From: Octopus sinensis
Taxonomy: Eukaryota
Length of the DNA stretch: 64,000 bases
Assembly: GCF_006345805.1 (NCBI RefSeq)
Contig: NC_043017.1
Span: 23,126,001-23,190,000, forward strand
Direction of reading: 5' to 3'
Shown in pieces: positions 27,690 to 39,250 of the stretch; position 1 is the stretch's first letter; each line of letters opens with the position of its first letter. Under the pieces are notes generated by a model that saw only the letters and a program-made list of their open reading frames with translations, did no database searches and was not told where the DNA came from. The position numbers were made by a program, and so were the translations under genes.

Positions 27690-28045
27690 GACGACTGACT
27701 GTATCGTAAGAATGCCAGACCGTCGTCTGCAAAGACTGAATAAAGGAAAACGCATATGAGGATACACAAAGGAAAAGGTTTAAAGACGTACTTAAAGGAA
27801 ATTTGAGTTAAGTGCGGTATTAATGTGTATGAAGGAGAATCATTGACAAATAACTAACACAGGTGGAGACGGATCGTCAACAATAGAGCCAACAGCATAA
27901 AAGGAATATCTTAAGGATAAATGTAAGCATAGTAAGTAACATAAAGTAACCAACGCAGCATCTCATCTCGCGTGAAATAACAAACGCTCGGCCTGAGGTC
28001 GGACTTAGAAGACTTCGCCTTGGCATGCGTGCATGTTGGTCAAAA
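27690..28045 (+). mobile_element. Highly degraded RTE-like LINE 3' fragment
   Basis: Remnants RMPDRRL, KRFKDVLKGNL and HRWR. Confidence 0.45.
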
Positions 28046-28126
28046 GTAGTTGACTCTAGTGTAAAATCATCCACGACCTCAAAAGATTGCTGACAAAATC
28101 ATAATTGGTTTCAAATTTTGGTACAT

Positions 28127-28290
28127 AGGCGCAGGAGTGGCTGTGAGGTAAGTAGCTTGCTTACCAACCACATGGTTCCAGGTTCAGTCCCACTGTGTGG
28201 CACCTTGGGCAAGTGCCTTCTACTATAGCCTCGGGTCGACCAAAGCCTTGTAAGTGGTTGGTAGACGGAAACTGAAAGAAGCCCGTCGTA

Positions 28291-28329
<39 letters not shown>

Positions 28330-29046
28330 AAGATTAGAGTGACCCCAACAGGTCACTCGTCCACCAGAAAGAGCAGCCATAACTCACACCGCTAAGTTAT
28401 TAATTAGAAATTAGGTGAAAATTTAAAAACATTTACCCTAATTCATCTTTTAGACGTTGCAACGTTTCTGTGTCATTAATGATTAATTAGCTTAATTAAA
28501 TAAGTTAAATTAATTTAATTAAGCTAATTAATTTAATTTAATTAAGCTATTTAAATCATTAATGACACAGAAACGTTGTGCAAGTCTAAAAGATGAATTA
28601 GGGTAAATGTTTTAATTTTCACCATTTCTGAATTAATAATACTTAGCGGTGTGAGTTATGGCTGCTCTTTCTGGTGGACGAGTGACCTGTTGGGGGTCAC
28701 TCCTAATCGTTATATTTATATATTAGTCGATGACTATTTTCTCTTTTTCCCAGGCCGTGGGTGCGATAAATTTCTATTGAATTTTTTGCTACCCTAAATT
28801 GACTAATATATATATATATATATATGCGTTGTATGTTTGTGTGTCTGTGTTTGTCCCCCTAGCATTACTTGACAACCAATGCTGGTGTGTTTATGTCCCC
28901 GTCACTTAGCGGTTCGGCAAAAGAGACCGATAGAATAAGTACTGGGCTTACAAAAGAATAAGTCCCGGGGTCGAGTTGCTCGATTAAAGGCGGTGCTCTA
29001 GCATGGCCGCAGACAAATGACTGAAACAAGTAAAAGAGAAAGAGAA
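28127..29046 (+). mobile_element. SINE family B interrupted in its TA tract by a palindromic insert
   Basis: 5' half 28127-28325 and 3' half 28807-29046 match 32477-32856. Confidence 0.85.
28326..28715. repeat. ~390 bp imperfect palindrome (foldback)
   Basis: 28326-28500 is the reverse complement of ~28537-28715. Confidence 0.9.
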
Positions 29047-29538
29047 AATGGCTACCAATTTCGAGGTGTGGGTAAATCGATTACATTGACCCCAGTGCTC
29101 AACTGGTGCTTATCTCACCTACCCCGGATGGACGAAAAGCAAAGTGGACCTCGGGGGAATTTAAATTAAGAATGCAAAGATGGACGAAATGCTGCTAAGC
29201 ATTCTGTCCGGCGTGCTAACGATTCTGCCAGATTACCACCTTACTGACAATATAATTATTACAAAATGAAAATAGTAGATGTCTATTCTTAATGGTTATA
29301 AAAGTTTTATCCGGATGCAATTATTCATACTATATTATTAAAAAAATACTATTATTTCTTTCCATTTTTTTCTTGACGTTCAAACTGACTTGGCTAAGGA
29401 ATACGCTTCGAAGAAATATAGTGCTGCTTCAATCCCACTGCGCGACCATTTAAGGTCTCTTTTGCTATAGCCTCGGATTGACCAATACCTTGTTAATGGG
29501 AATTTCGTTGGCGAAAACTGTAAAGCCTTACTTACTTA

Positions 29539-29569
<31 letters not shown>

Positions 29570-29709
29570 CTGATTTTAAGATACATGGTGTATTTTATAA
29601 ATATGCCTGTTCAAGTAGCATAATAATATGAAACTATTAGTGGCTCTTTCGGTAGTGTATTTAATTTGATTATATATGTGTATGTATGTATGTATGTATG
29701 TATGTAAAA

Positions 29710-30248
29710 AAAATTCCATACACACAGATCCTGTGGACAGCTGATATCTTGAGTATTGAGGCGATGGTGCACAAGTACCGGTTGCGTTGGACTGGACACC
29801 TTATTAGAATGAAGGATAGAAGGATTTCTAAGCAGATGCTCTATGGAGAACTTGTGAATGGAAGGAGACTCCGGCAGAAACCAAGGCTGCGATTTAAGGA
29901 CTGTATCAAGTCCTCATTAAAGGCCTTTGATATGCAGGACACTGACTGGGAGAACAATGCCTCTCATCGCCACAGATGGAGGAAGCAGGTTAAGGAGGGG
30001 ATCGACACTTTTGAGAGTGCACGTATCCAGCATGAAGAACTTAAGCGAGCTGTACGAAAGCGCACGGCTCGTATAGCGAATGGGGAAAGCTTGGTCTGCA
30101 ATGTTTGCAGTCGTGTATGCTTGTCAAGAGCAGGTCTCATTAGCCACCAACGGAGACACAAATGCAAAATATAAGTTAGTCCTAGAGCGCACAATGTTCT
30201 TGAAGGTCGGCAATGGTCTTCCTCGGTCACGAGTGGACGGCCATCATG
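29710..30248 (+). mobile_element. RTE-clade LINE 3' end (post-RT domain plus C2H2 finger and 3' UTR)
   Basis: RLRWTGHLIRMKDRRISKQMLYGEL...KPRLRFKD...CNVCSRVCLSRAGLISHQRRH; flanked by (TATG)n. Confidence 0.85.
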
Positions 30249-30374
30249 TATGTATGCATGTATGTGTATATATGTAAAAGTGTGTGTAAGTATATATATG
30301 TTTATGTATATTGTGCGCATATATATAAATATATAAACATGAATTTACATATGTATATTCTGATATTTAAATAA

Positions 30375-30720
30375 CAGTTTGAGCCAGAGGATGTGGCCAT
30401 GCTGGGGCATTGCTTGTTTATTTTAGACCCACTTCCCAGATCTGTCTCCAGAATCGGTCCTGGTGAAGCAATAAGTTGGATAAAGATGCCCTTCTTTGCG
30501 TTTCTTGCTGTGATGTACGTTCATCTGCAATATTAGACAACAATTTGTTCAATTGTTTGAATACATCCACATCTACTACTTCTACACCTTGTAGATCTCT
30601 GAGACCTTTTAGCACTGTATCGAAAATTTGTAGTCCTTTGAACCCTAAGCTGTTACAGTAATGGGTTCTTGATCTAGACAGAGATACCGGAGTCTTTGAT
30701 ATGGTATTCAGTCCGGTGAC
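30375..30720 (-). mobile_element. CR1/L2-group LINE 3' end
   Basis: YCNSLGFKGLQIFDTVLKGLRDLQGV..VFKQLNKLLSNIADE..SNLLLHQ; tail gccccagcatggccac. Confidence 0.7.
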
Positions 30721-31943
30721 TGGTATAGCTTGGGGTTGATTTGTTCGACTAAATCCTTCAAAACTGCATAGCGGCAGATTGAAACATGTACAAGATACAC
30801 ACGCACGCACATGCACAAGCACACACACCCGCACACATTATTGTTTGTTTTTGCGTCAAGTTATGCATGAAACAATTTGACATTAAATGTACGTATTACT
30901 CAACACTTTTAGTAAAAAACATGTTTATTAAACTTTTATAAGGAAAAGGATGACAGTGACATCGAAGTTTAAACTGGCTTGCCTTCGCTGTTAAATCACT
31001 AGATTTCGCTGGGTTTTATGTTTGAGTGTATGGTTAAGTGCAGAGTTGTTTCCCTTACTTCTCTTTTATTCCATTCTAGACACGATTGGTGATAAAAATA
31101 ATTAAGCCTACTTTACTAATTTCATTGTCATTTCATCGACTCCAGAAAGATTAAAAACAAAGCTGATTTCGGTGGGATTTGAACTCAGTACATAAAGAGC
31201 AGTGACTAAATACTGCTGGTATTTTTGCGTGGTGTTGTAACGTCTCCAAAAGACTACTCTGCTATCAATGTTTTTATTTAACATATATCTTGGTCGTCTC
31301 TTATAATTTCATTCAGATCTTATTTTAGGAATGTATTTTATCTAACGTTTTTGACTGGTACTTCATTTTATCGCACAGTGGAGGCTGAAAGGCAAAAGTG
31401 ATTTCGGTGCGATTCGAACTATTATATAAAGGGCTGTAATCTGAATAAACTTTCTTAGGTTCCATTTATTGACTTTGGTTTATGTTCTGGGCTCATATTC
31501 TGCAGAGTCGATTTTGCTTTTCATTCTTTCGGGGTCGATAAAATAAATAATTGTCAAGCACTGGGATCGATGTAATCTACTTACCCCTCAACTCCCGAAA
31601 TTACTGGCCTTGTGTCAAAATTTGAAACGGTGAGCTGGCAGAATCGTTAGTATGCTGGGCAAAATGCTTAGCAGCATTTTGTCTATCGTTATGTTCTGAG
31701 TTCAAATTCTGCCGAGGTCGACTTTGCCTTTCATCTTTTCGAGGTCGATAAATTAAGTATCAGTGAAACACTGGGGTCGATGTAATCGACTAGTCCCCTC
31801 TCCCAAAATTTCAGGCCTTGTGCCTTTAATAGAAAGGATTATTATTATTATTATTATTATTATTATTGTTGTTGTTGTTGTTGTTGTTGTTTTTGTTTTT
31901 GTTATCGTCATCGTCATCGTCATCATCATCATCATCATCATCA

Positions 31944-32009
<66 letters not shown>

Positions 32010-32476
32010 GGCGGTTAGCTAGCAGAACCGACCGTCAGTGCATCGGACAAAATGTTTAGGAGCAATTCTTCTAGCACTTTACATTTTGAGTTCAAATAAC
32101 GCCGAGGTCGATTTTGCTTTCATGCTTTCGGGCCCGATAAAAGAAAGTACCTATCCAGTACTGGAGACGAAGTAAACAGCTGTTTCCTTACCACTAAAAC
32201 TGCCGTCTGGTGCCAGAACTCGAAACAACTGTTGCTTACTTATTCATTTATCTATTCATATTTCCATGGTGTGATGTGATTTGGGTCAGATTTAGCTATT
32301 TTCAACAGGACTTGTGATAGTGTTAAAGTTCCTTTATTGGCTCGATGCGGCTCCCTGATTCCCCTTAATTTTTTCTTTCTAGATTTATTCAAGTTCAATG
32401 TTGGTTTTCCTTGATATTACAACGTGAAATACGTTTCAAAATGTTTGTTTCAGCTTATGTTTATTGCGTGCTTCGA

Positions 32477-32856
32477 GGAGTGGCTGTGTGGTGAGTAGCT
32501 TGCTTACCAACCGCATGGTTCCGGGTTCAGTCCCACTGCGTAGCATCTTGGGCAAGTGTCTTCTGCTATAGCCTCGGGCCGAACAAAGCCTTGTGAGTGG
32601 ATTTAGTAGACGGAAACTGAAAGAAGCCCGTCGTATATATGTATATATATATATATATGTATGTGTGTATATGTTTGTGTGTCTGTGTTTGTCCCTCTAG
32701 CATTGCTTGACAACCGGTGCTGGTGTGTTTACGTCCCCGTCACTTAGCGGTTCGGCAAAAGAGACCGATAAGTCCCGGGGTCGATTTGCTCGACCAAAGG
32801 CGGTGCTCCAGCATGGCCGGAGTCAAATGAATGAAACAAGTAAAAGAGTAAAAGAG
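32477..32856 (+). mobile_element. tRNA-derived SINE family B (ggagtggctgtgtgg head, internal TA tract, ccagcatggcc tail)
   Basis: Other copies at 21018-21347, 28127-29046 (interrupted) and 44000-44138 (3' part). Confidence 0.85.
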
Positions 32857-33071
32857 TTAAGAGTATTTTCAAGCAGAATATGGGCATTTCCTAGAAGTGC
32901 TACCGACCTTCGGAAATTTAGAATATGAAAGGGTTTTCCCTGGCAATTATTATTTTTTCTACCCCAAGTTTTTATTTCGACTGAAGAGGAGACTCGACGA
33001 TTGTAGCCCTTCAAGTACTCACAATGATGCGATCGATACAGGGATATTACACACGCGCGCACGTGTGCGTA

Positions 33072-33117
<46 letters not shown>

Positions 33118-33315
33118 CAGTTGTGACAGTGTCCTCGCGTGTTTGCACGTGTCTGTGTTTAGATAACAATATAGAAACGGCAACTGAGATAAACTACCTG
33201 AATTTAAAACTATAGTGCAGAAGTTGAGGTCGTTGAGTACAACATAACAAAAGCTGCAGCGACAATGAGCAACAACGTCTACCCAGAGAAAGGATTAAAA
33301 CAACGGTACAACCAA

Positions 33316-33515
33316 ATGTGTGTGTGGCTGTATACTCATATATGTGTGTGTGTGTGTATACTCACATGTGTGTGTGTGTGTGGCTGTATACTCACATGTG
33401 TGTGTGTGTGTGTGGCTGTATACTCACATGTGTGTGTGTGTGGCTGTATACTCACATGTGTGTGTGTGTGTGTGTGTGTGTGGCTGTATACTCACATGTG
33501 TGTGTGTGTGTGTGT
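33316..33515 (+). repeat. Compound minisatellite: five units of ggctgtatactcacat separated by (GT)n
   Basis: Directly visible. Confidence 0.9.
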
Positions 33516-33560
33516 GCGGTTTGTGCACATATGCACACACATACACACACATATATATAT

Positions 33561-33790
33561 ATTTCTTTACTACCCACAAGGGGCTAAACACAGAGGAGAC
33601 AAACAAGGACAGACAAACGGATTAAGTCGATTACATCGACCCCAGTGCGTAACTGGTACTTAATTTATCGACCCCGAAAGGATGAAAGGCAAAGTCGACC
33701 TCGACGGAATTTGAACCCAGAACGTAACGGCAGACGAAATACGGCTACGCATTTCGCCCGGCGTGCTAACGTTTCTGCCAGCTCGCCGCC
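33561..33790 (-). mobile_element. SINE family A, full length
   Basis: Reverse complement of 41320-41552. Confidence 0.88.
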
Positions 33791-35260
33791 TTACACACAC
33801 ACACATATAAAGAGAGAGACAGAAAGAGAGTGATGTAACTGTTTGTGTGTGTGTGTGGGGGGTGTGTGGGTGTGTGTGTGTGTGTGTGTGTGTGTGCAAA
33901 CAACTTGCAGATTCAAGTGCTACCAGTTGAAAGCTCCGCCTACTGGACACTAGCAGGCTTATGGGTTCATCAGGAGAGACTAAGTGCCGTTTCGAGGAGT
34001 TCCTCACGATGGCATTACTGCGCACCGCTCCCCGTCACTAAAAAAAAAAAAAAGATTCACTTGCTTGAATGGAAAAGTAGTTCAACAGTTGCCAGGTACA
34101 ACTGAACGGGAGAGTAAAACTTGTGTCCTTTTTTTATTCGATTTTAGAGCGCACTACATTCGGTTTATGAGCTTCAAAGATATTGCGTGCACACACAAAG
34201 TAGAATTATATCACTTTGGCCTAAGTAGTACAGGGTTTGAAGAACAAGTAACGGTGTTAAATTTCAGATGTAAACAATTTCTAAACGTTCGTAGAGCATA
34301 GGTATTTCATACAGAGAACAGTAACGATTTCATTGTAGCATTCATTAAAAAATAGGGTTTGATTTAGTACGTACTGTAGGAGGAGTAAAGATGTTTTGAA
34401 TGTTTTTGGGAAGTCAGTGATGTAATCCATATAGTCATGATTTATAGGTTCCCTCGAGGTAAGCGTGTAAAGCGAGGAGTAAAATATTGTGAAGATAAAA
34501 GAAAAGGAATAAACGTATGTGGTCGTTAACCTGGCGGAATAGAGATACGGCAAATCGATATCCCGTTCAACTGAAAGGGGCTTTGTATTAAGACTAACTG
34601 AAGCAAGAGGAGACGACGAACGATTGTGCTGATTTCTCACAATGGATGAGTTATATAGAAGTGTGTATGTATGTATGTGTCTATGTGTGTGAGAGACAGA
34701 GAAAGAGAAAGAGGGAGAGGGAGGGGGGAGAGAGAGAGAGAAAGTGGGGAGAACTGCTTCGATTTCTGTTTATATAGTTAGCGTATGGCTGTTTTATTGC
34801 TCCAATAAACCGGTGAAAACTGATGAGCGGCCAAAACTTCAATAAGTTGTATAAAGGTCGCTAAAAAGCATTTGATAATGGGGTTGTAGATACCCACTAA
34901 AAGATTAGATGGTCTTAATTGTAATGCCTTTAGATCTATTAAATGAGCGTTGACCACGGCGATAATGACAGCAATAACAGCAACACTAGCAACAACACAT
35001 AATATGAAAAATAATTGCAACCACAAAGTAGTAACAAGAAAATTATCAACAACAACCATAGACACAACAGCAACAGTAAGTAATAGACTCAACAACAGCA
35101 ATAGCGGTAATACAGCAGCGACGGCAGTAATATTAACAATCATAATTACAATAATAACAACAGTAATAGATAGCAACGACCACAACAGTGACATTAACAA
35201 CAATACAATAACAATCATAATAACAGCGGTAGTAGGAAAAGGCACAATCACAATAACGGT

Positions 35261-35646
35261 GGATGGAAGCACTCCGTCGGTTACGACGATGAGGGTTCCG
35301 GTTGAACCGAATCAACGGAACAGCCTACTCGTGAAATTAACGTGTAAGTGGCTGAGCACTCCACAGACACGTGTACCCTTAACTTAGTTCTCGGGGATAT
35401 TCAGCGTGACACAGAGAGTGACAAGGCCGGCCCTTTGAAATACAGGTACAACAGAAACAGGAAGTAAGAGTGAGAGAAAGTTGTGGTGAAAGAATACAGC
35501 AGGGATCACACCATCCCTACCGGAGCCTCGTGGAGCTTTAGGTGTTTTCGCTCAATAAACACTCACAACGCCCGGTCTGGGAATCGAAACCGCGATCCTA
35601 CGACCGCGAGTCCGCTGCCCTAACCACTGGGCCACTGCGCCTCCAC
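35261..35646 (-). mobile_element. tRNA-derived SINE family C, full length
   Basis: TSD caataacggt; near-identical to 46973-47356. Confidence 0.88.
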
Positions 35647-36357
35647 AATAACGGTAACAACAGCAGCAAAAAATATAGGGACAGCAACAACAATAGAGAC
35701 GATGACGGCTGCGATAGTGACTGCATCAATGGACACAATGACAACAAAATCAGTAATAGTAGTAACAGACAAAATGACAGACAGCGTCTGGCAAGAGACA
35801 CAATGACAACAACAACAACAACAACGTCAATAGCAAAGGAAAGCAACATCAACAACAGCAACAGCAATAGACACCCTGACAACAACAATTACAATTACAA
35901 TAACAAGAACAGTTCTATTTATAACTTGTTGCCCTTCGTGGATAATAGAAATTAGGGGGACTGAATAGTGATGATGGAAGGGAGTCAAAGTAGCGGAGTT
36001 GCAGGTGGTAGTCAGGGTGAGGGAGCAACACGTATGTGAAGGGTCGGAATTGTAATGATGATGGGGGGACAGTGTTGCACGTGGCAGGGTGGTGAAGTTA
36101 CATGTAAAGTTGCAGGTGATGGTGGAGATGCAGATGAGGACGATGGTAATATATGGGTGGTGGTGGTGGTGGAGTGGCGAAGGTAATTTTGCCAGTGTTG
36201 GTTGGCAATGGTGGTTAAATCGTGGTTGATGAGGAGATGGGAGTTACATATTGTGTTGGTGGTTGTATTGGCAGATTAGGTACCAGTGCTGTGATGGCGG
36301 GGAAGCCGTAGGTGCTAGTAGTTTTACATGTAGGACGATTGTGTTCTGCTGCTGCTA

Positions 36358-36602
36358 GTGGTGGTGGTGGTGGAGGTTGTGGTGGTGTAGGTGGTGGTGG
36401 TAGTGGTGTAGGTGTAGGTGGTGGTGGTTTTGGTAGAGGTGGTGGTGGTGGTGGTGTAGGTGTAGGTGGTGGTGGTGGTGGTGGTGTAGGTGTAGGTGGT
36501 GGTGGTGGTGGTGGTGGTGGTAGAGGTGGTGGTGGTGACTTTGGTAGAGGTGGTGGTGGTTTTGGTAGAGGTGGTGGTGGTGGTGGTGGTGGTGGTGGTG
36601 GT
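36358..36602. repeat. (GGT)n microsatellite
   Basis: Directly visible; also at 61254-61571. Confidence 0.95.
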
Positions 36603-39022
36603 TGCGGTAATGGACTGACATGTGGTGATGGTTGTTATTAGCCCTCATTGAACTGATCAATGATCAAAAGTATTCCAGCCGTGAATATCCCATATTTTTT
36701 ATGGATGTCTGGGACGATATCATCTAATATTTCGTCTTTTTTGTTTTATTTCGGTGTGTATAACTAGGAGGTGTGTGTAACTGCTGTTTCTAGCATAAGC
36801 GCTTGGTGGCTGTGGGGTTGCTGGAGTTACAGGTGGAAGCCCTTTTGTCGTTTGACAGGTTTATTTTGACATTTCTGAGTGCTTACATATTTTCCTCACG
36901 CACTGAACTTGAGTGAGGTGCAATTTTGTTGTTCCCAATGGCATGTAGTATACTTGACTCCACCATATTCTTATTTCTTTACTGCCCACAAGGAGCTAAA
37001 CATAGAGGGGACAAACAAGGACAGGCAAACGGATTAAGTCGATTATATCGACCCCAATGCGTAACTGGTACTTAATTTATCGACCACGAAAGGATGAAAG
37101 GTAAAGTCGACCTCGGCGGAATTTGAACTCAGAACGTAGCAGCAGACGAAATACTGCTAAGTATTTCGCCCAGCGTGCTAACGTTTCTGCCACCTCACTA
37201 CCATATTCGACCATATTCTATGCCGTTGTGATTCTGACGGCCGAATATGACAGTCTTCTTTTCTATGAGAGTGTGAGTGTTATTGAAGAGTTACATATAC
37301 CACTTAGTATTTTGTTATCAGTGTGTGCGTGGTATATTTGTTGTTGAGATAGATTTGATGTTCTCTGGTGTTCTTGGTAAGAAGAGAGACAATAGATTTG
37401 GTAGGAACCTACTTTATGTGTCTTGTAAAGTTGAGATAGTTGTGCGGCTAAGTCTTGGGAATAGTCTGGGGAATGTAAGTGTAATGTAATCTGGTGATGA
37501 GGCTGTCAACGAAATAGATAAGACGGATGTTTGTGATGCTCCTTTCGGATATTGCAAATTCTGGGAGTGTTAATTTTGTACAAAAATACGCTTGCTGATT
37601 TGACGTGAGTTCAAATTCCGCCGAGGTCGACTTTGCCTTTCATCCTTTCGGAGTCGATAAATTAAGTACCAGTTACGCAATACCTATGTCTGTCCTTGTT
37701 TGTCCCCTCTATGTTTAGCCCCTTGTGGGTAATAAAGAAATAGGTTGTTTGCTAACCAGTGTCTTGTATTTTTGTTGATTATTTTGTTAAGTGGATAGCA
37801 AAAACGGAGTCGAAAGCGTTACTGGTGTTGATAGTTACCTAACAGTTTAAAATCTCTCAACGTACCCTTACGTAACTTGTGAAAGATGTTTTTGTAGTTA
37901 AAGCCGTCATGGATCCTCTGTGCTAGGCCCATTATCAATATGATGGTTAAATGTAGTGATTTAGTGAGGGGAATGTGTACGTTGCTTCAGTGATTCACTG
38001 ATCAGCATTTCTAGAAAAAGTTTAGGTTATATACATAGGAAGGTGATAGATCAACGTAATGCTACTTCGCTTGAGCTCTTGTTGGGCTTGGAATTATGAA
38101 TTTGCTCGGCATTTCGAAAATTAAAAGTGTTGGCATTAATTGCTGTAGATGTTAGTGAGTGTTTTAAGTGTTTGTCTGTGATTTAATCAGGTTCGGGGGC
38201 TTTTGCATTTAGGTATTTCCGTATTGCTTTTGGGATGCAAGCAATGTGCCCAAATCATTGACAAAATGGAAGGTAAGCAACTTTTGTCTTGTGTTCCTGT
38301 CTTTTTTATTTTCTTCTTTTCCTTAAACTGACTTTTGAGTCCTTATCATGAGGGCGTCTATGTGGGCTGCGACGTGAGTATATTATCTTAAACTGTTAGG
38401 GGAAAGGTGTTACCAGTGTTGTTGTTGATTGAAGATTTTTTGAATGCCCGATCAACCGCATCCTCCTAGATTTTCAATACCTCCATCATATACGAAGGGG
38501 TAAGCAGACTACGTAACAGCTTGGCTTGTTACTAGAGAAGCAGGCGCCAATATATCCGTGGTTTTCGATTGGCTAAAATTATCCAAAATTTGCAAACTTT
38601 AAAAGCTATTAACTGTTTATTTATTGAATTATGGTAAAAATGAATTTCATATCAATAATTAAGATACAAAACTACATCAATACACCAAAATTGAAATCAA
38701 TTGAAACAAAATTGAAACGGCTTGAAAAGCGAAAGCCAAGCAGAAAATATCCTCACTAAACACTATAAGCCCTAGTGCATTGATTTGCCCAGGGGCCTAT
38801 AATTCTACTAAGATGGTTCTGCGCACGGGATATGGCTCATTTGGCGGGCCGGATAATTAAAAAATTCCAGGTAATTTTTCGTCCGGTGAGCCATTCAGAA
38901 AGTCCTGCGGGACGCATGTTATCCATGACTGCTCTATATGGTTTATATAAAACGTTGGGACTTCCTCGGTGGCTCATGGTGTGGATGTGTAATTGTGGTT
39001 GCTTATATTGTGGTTGTATGGA

Positions 39023-39250
39023 AGGCGGCGAGCTGGCAGACACGTTAGCGCGCCGGGCGAAATGCTTGGCGGTATTTCGTCTGTTTTTACGTTCTGAGTT
39101 CAAATTCCGCCGAGGTCGACTTTGCCTTTCATCCTTTCGGGGTCTATAAATAAAGTACCAGTTTCACACTGGGGTCGATGTAATCGACTTAATCCCTTTG
39201 TCTGTCGTTGTTTGTCTCTGTGTTTAGCCCCTTGTGGGCATTAAAGAAAT
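39023..39250 (+). mobile_element. SINE family A, full length
   Basis: Same head, core and tail; flanked by duplicated tatattgtggttgtatgg. Confidence 0.88.

Noticed and set aside
33316-33515. Regularly spaced repeats superficially like a CRISPR array
   Set aside because: Spacers are (GT)n, the context is eukaryotic and there are no cas genes
36312-36660. Gly-rich and His-rich ORFs
   Set aside because: Translations of a (GGT)n microsatellite with no supporting gene structure
37260-38460. Strand-skewed segment resembling decayed retroelement coding sequence
   Set aside because: No identifiable protein motif in the frames examined
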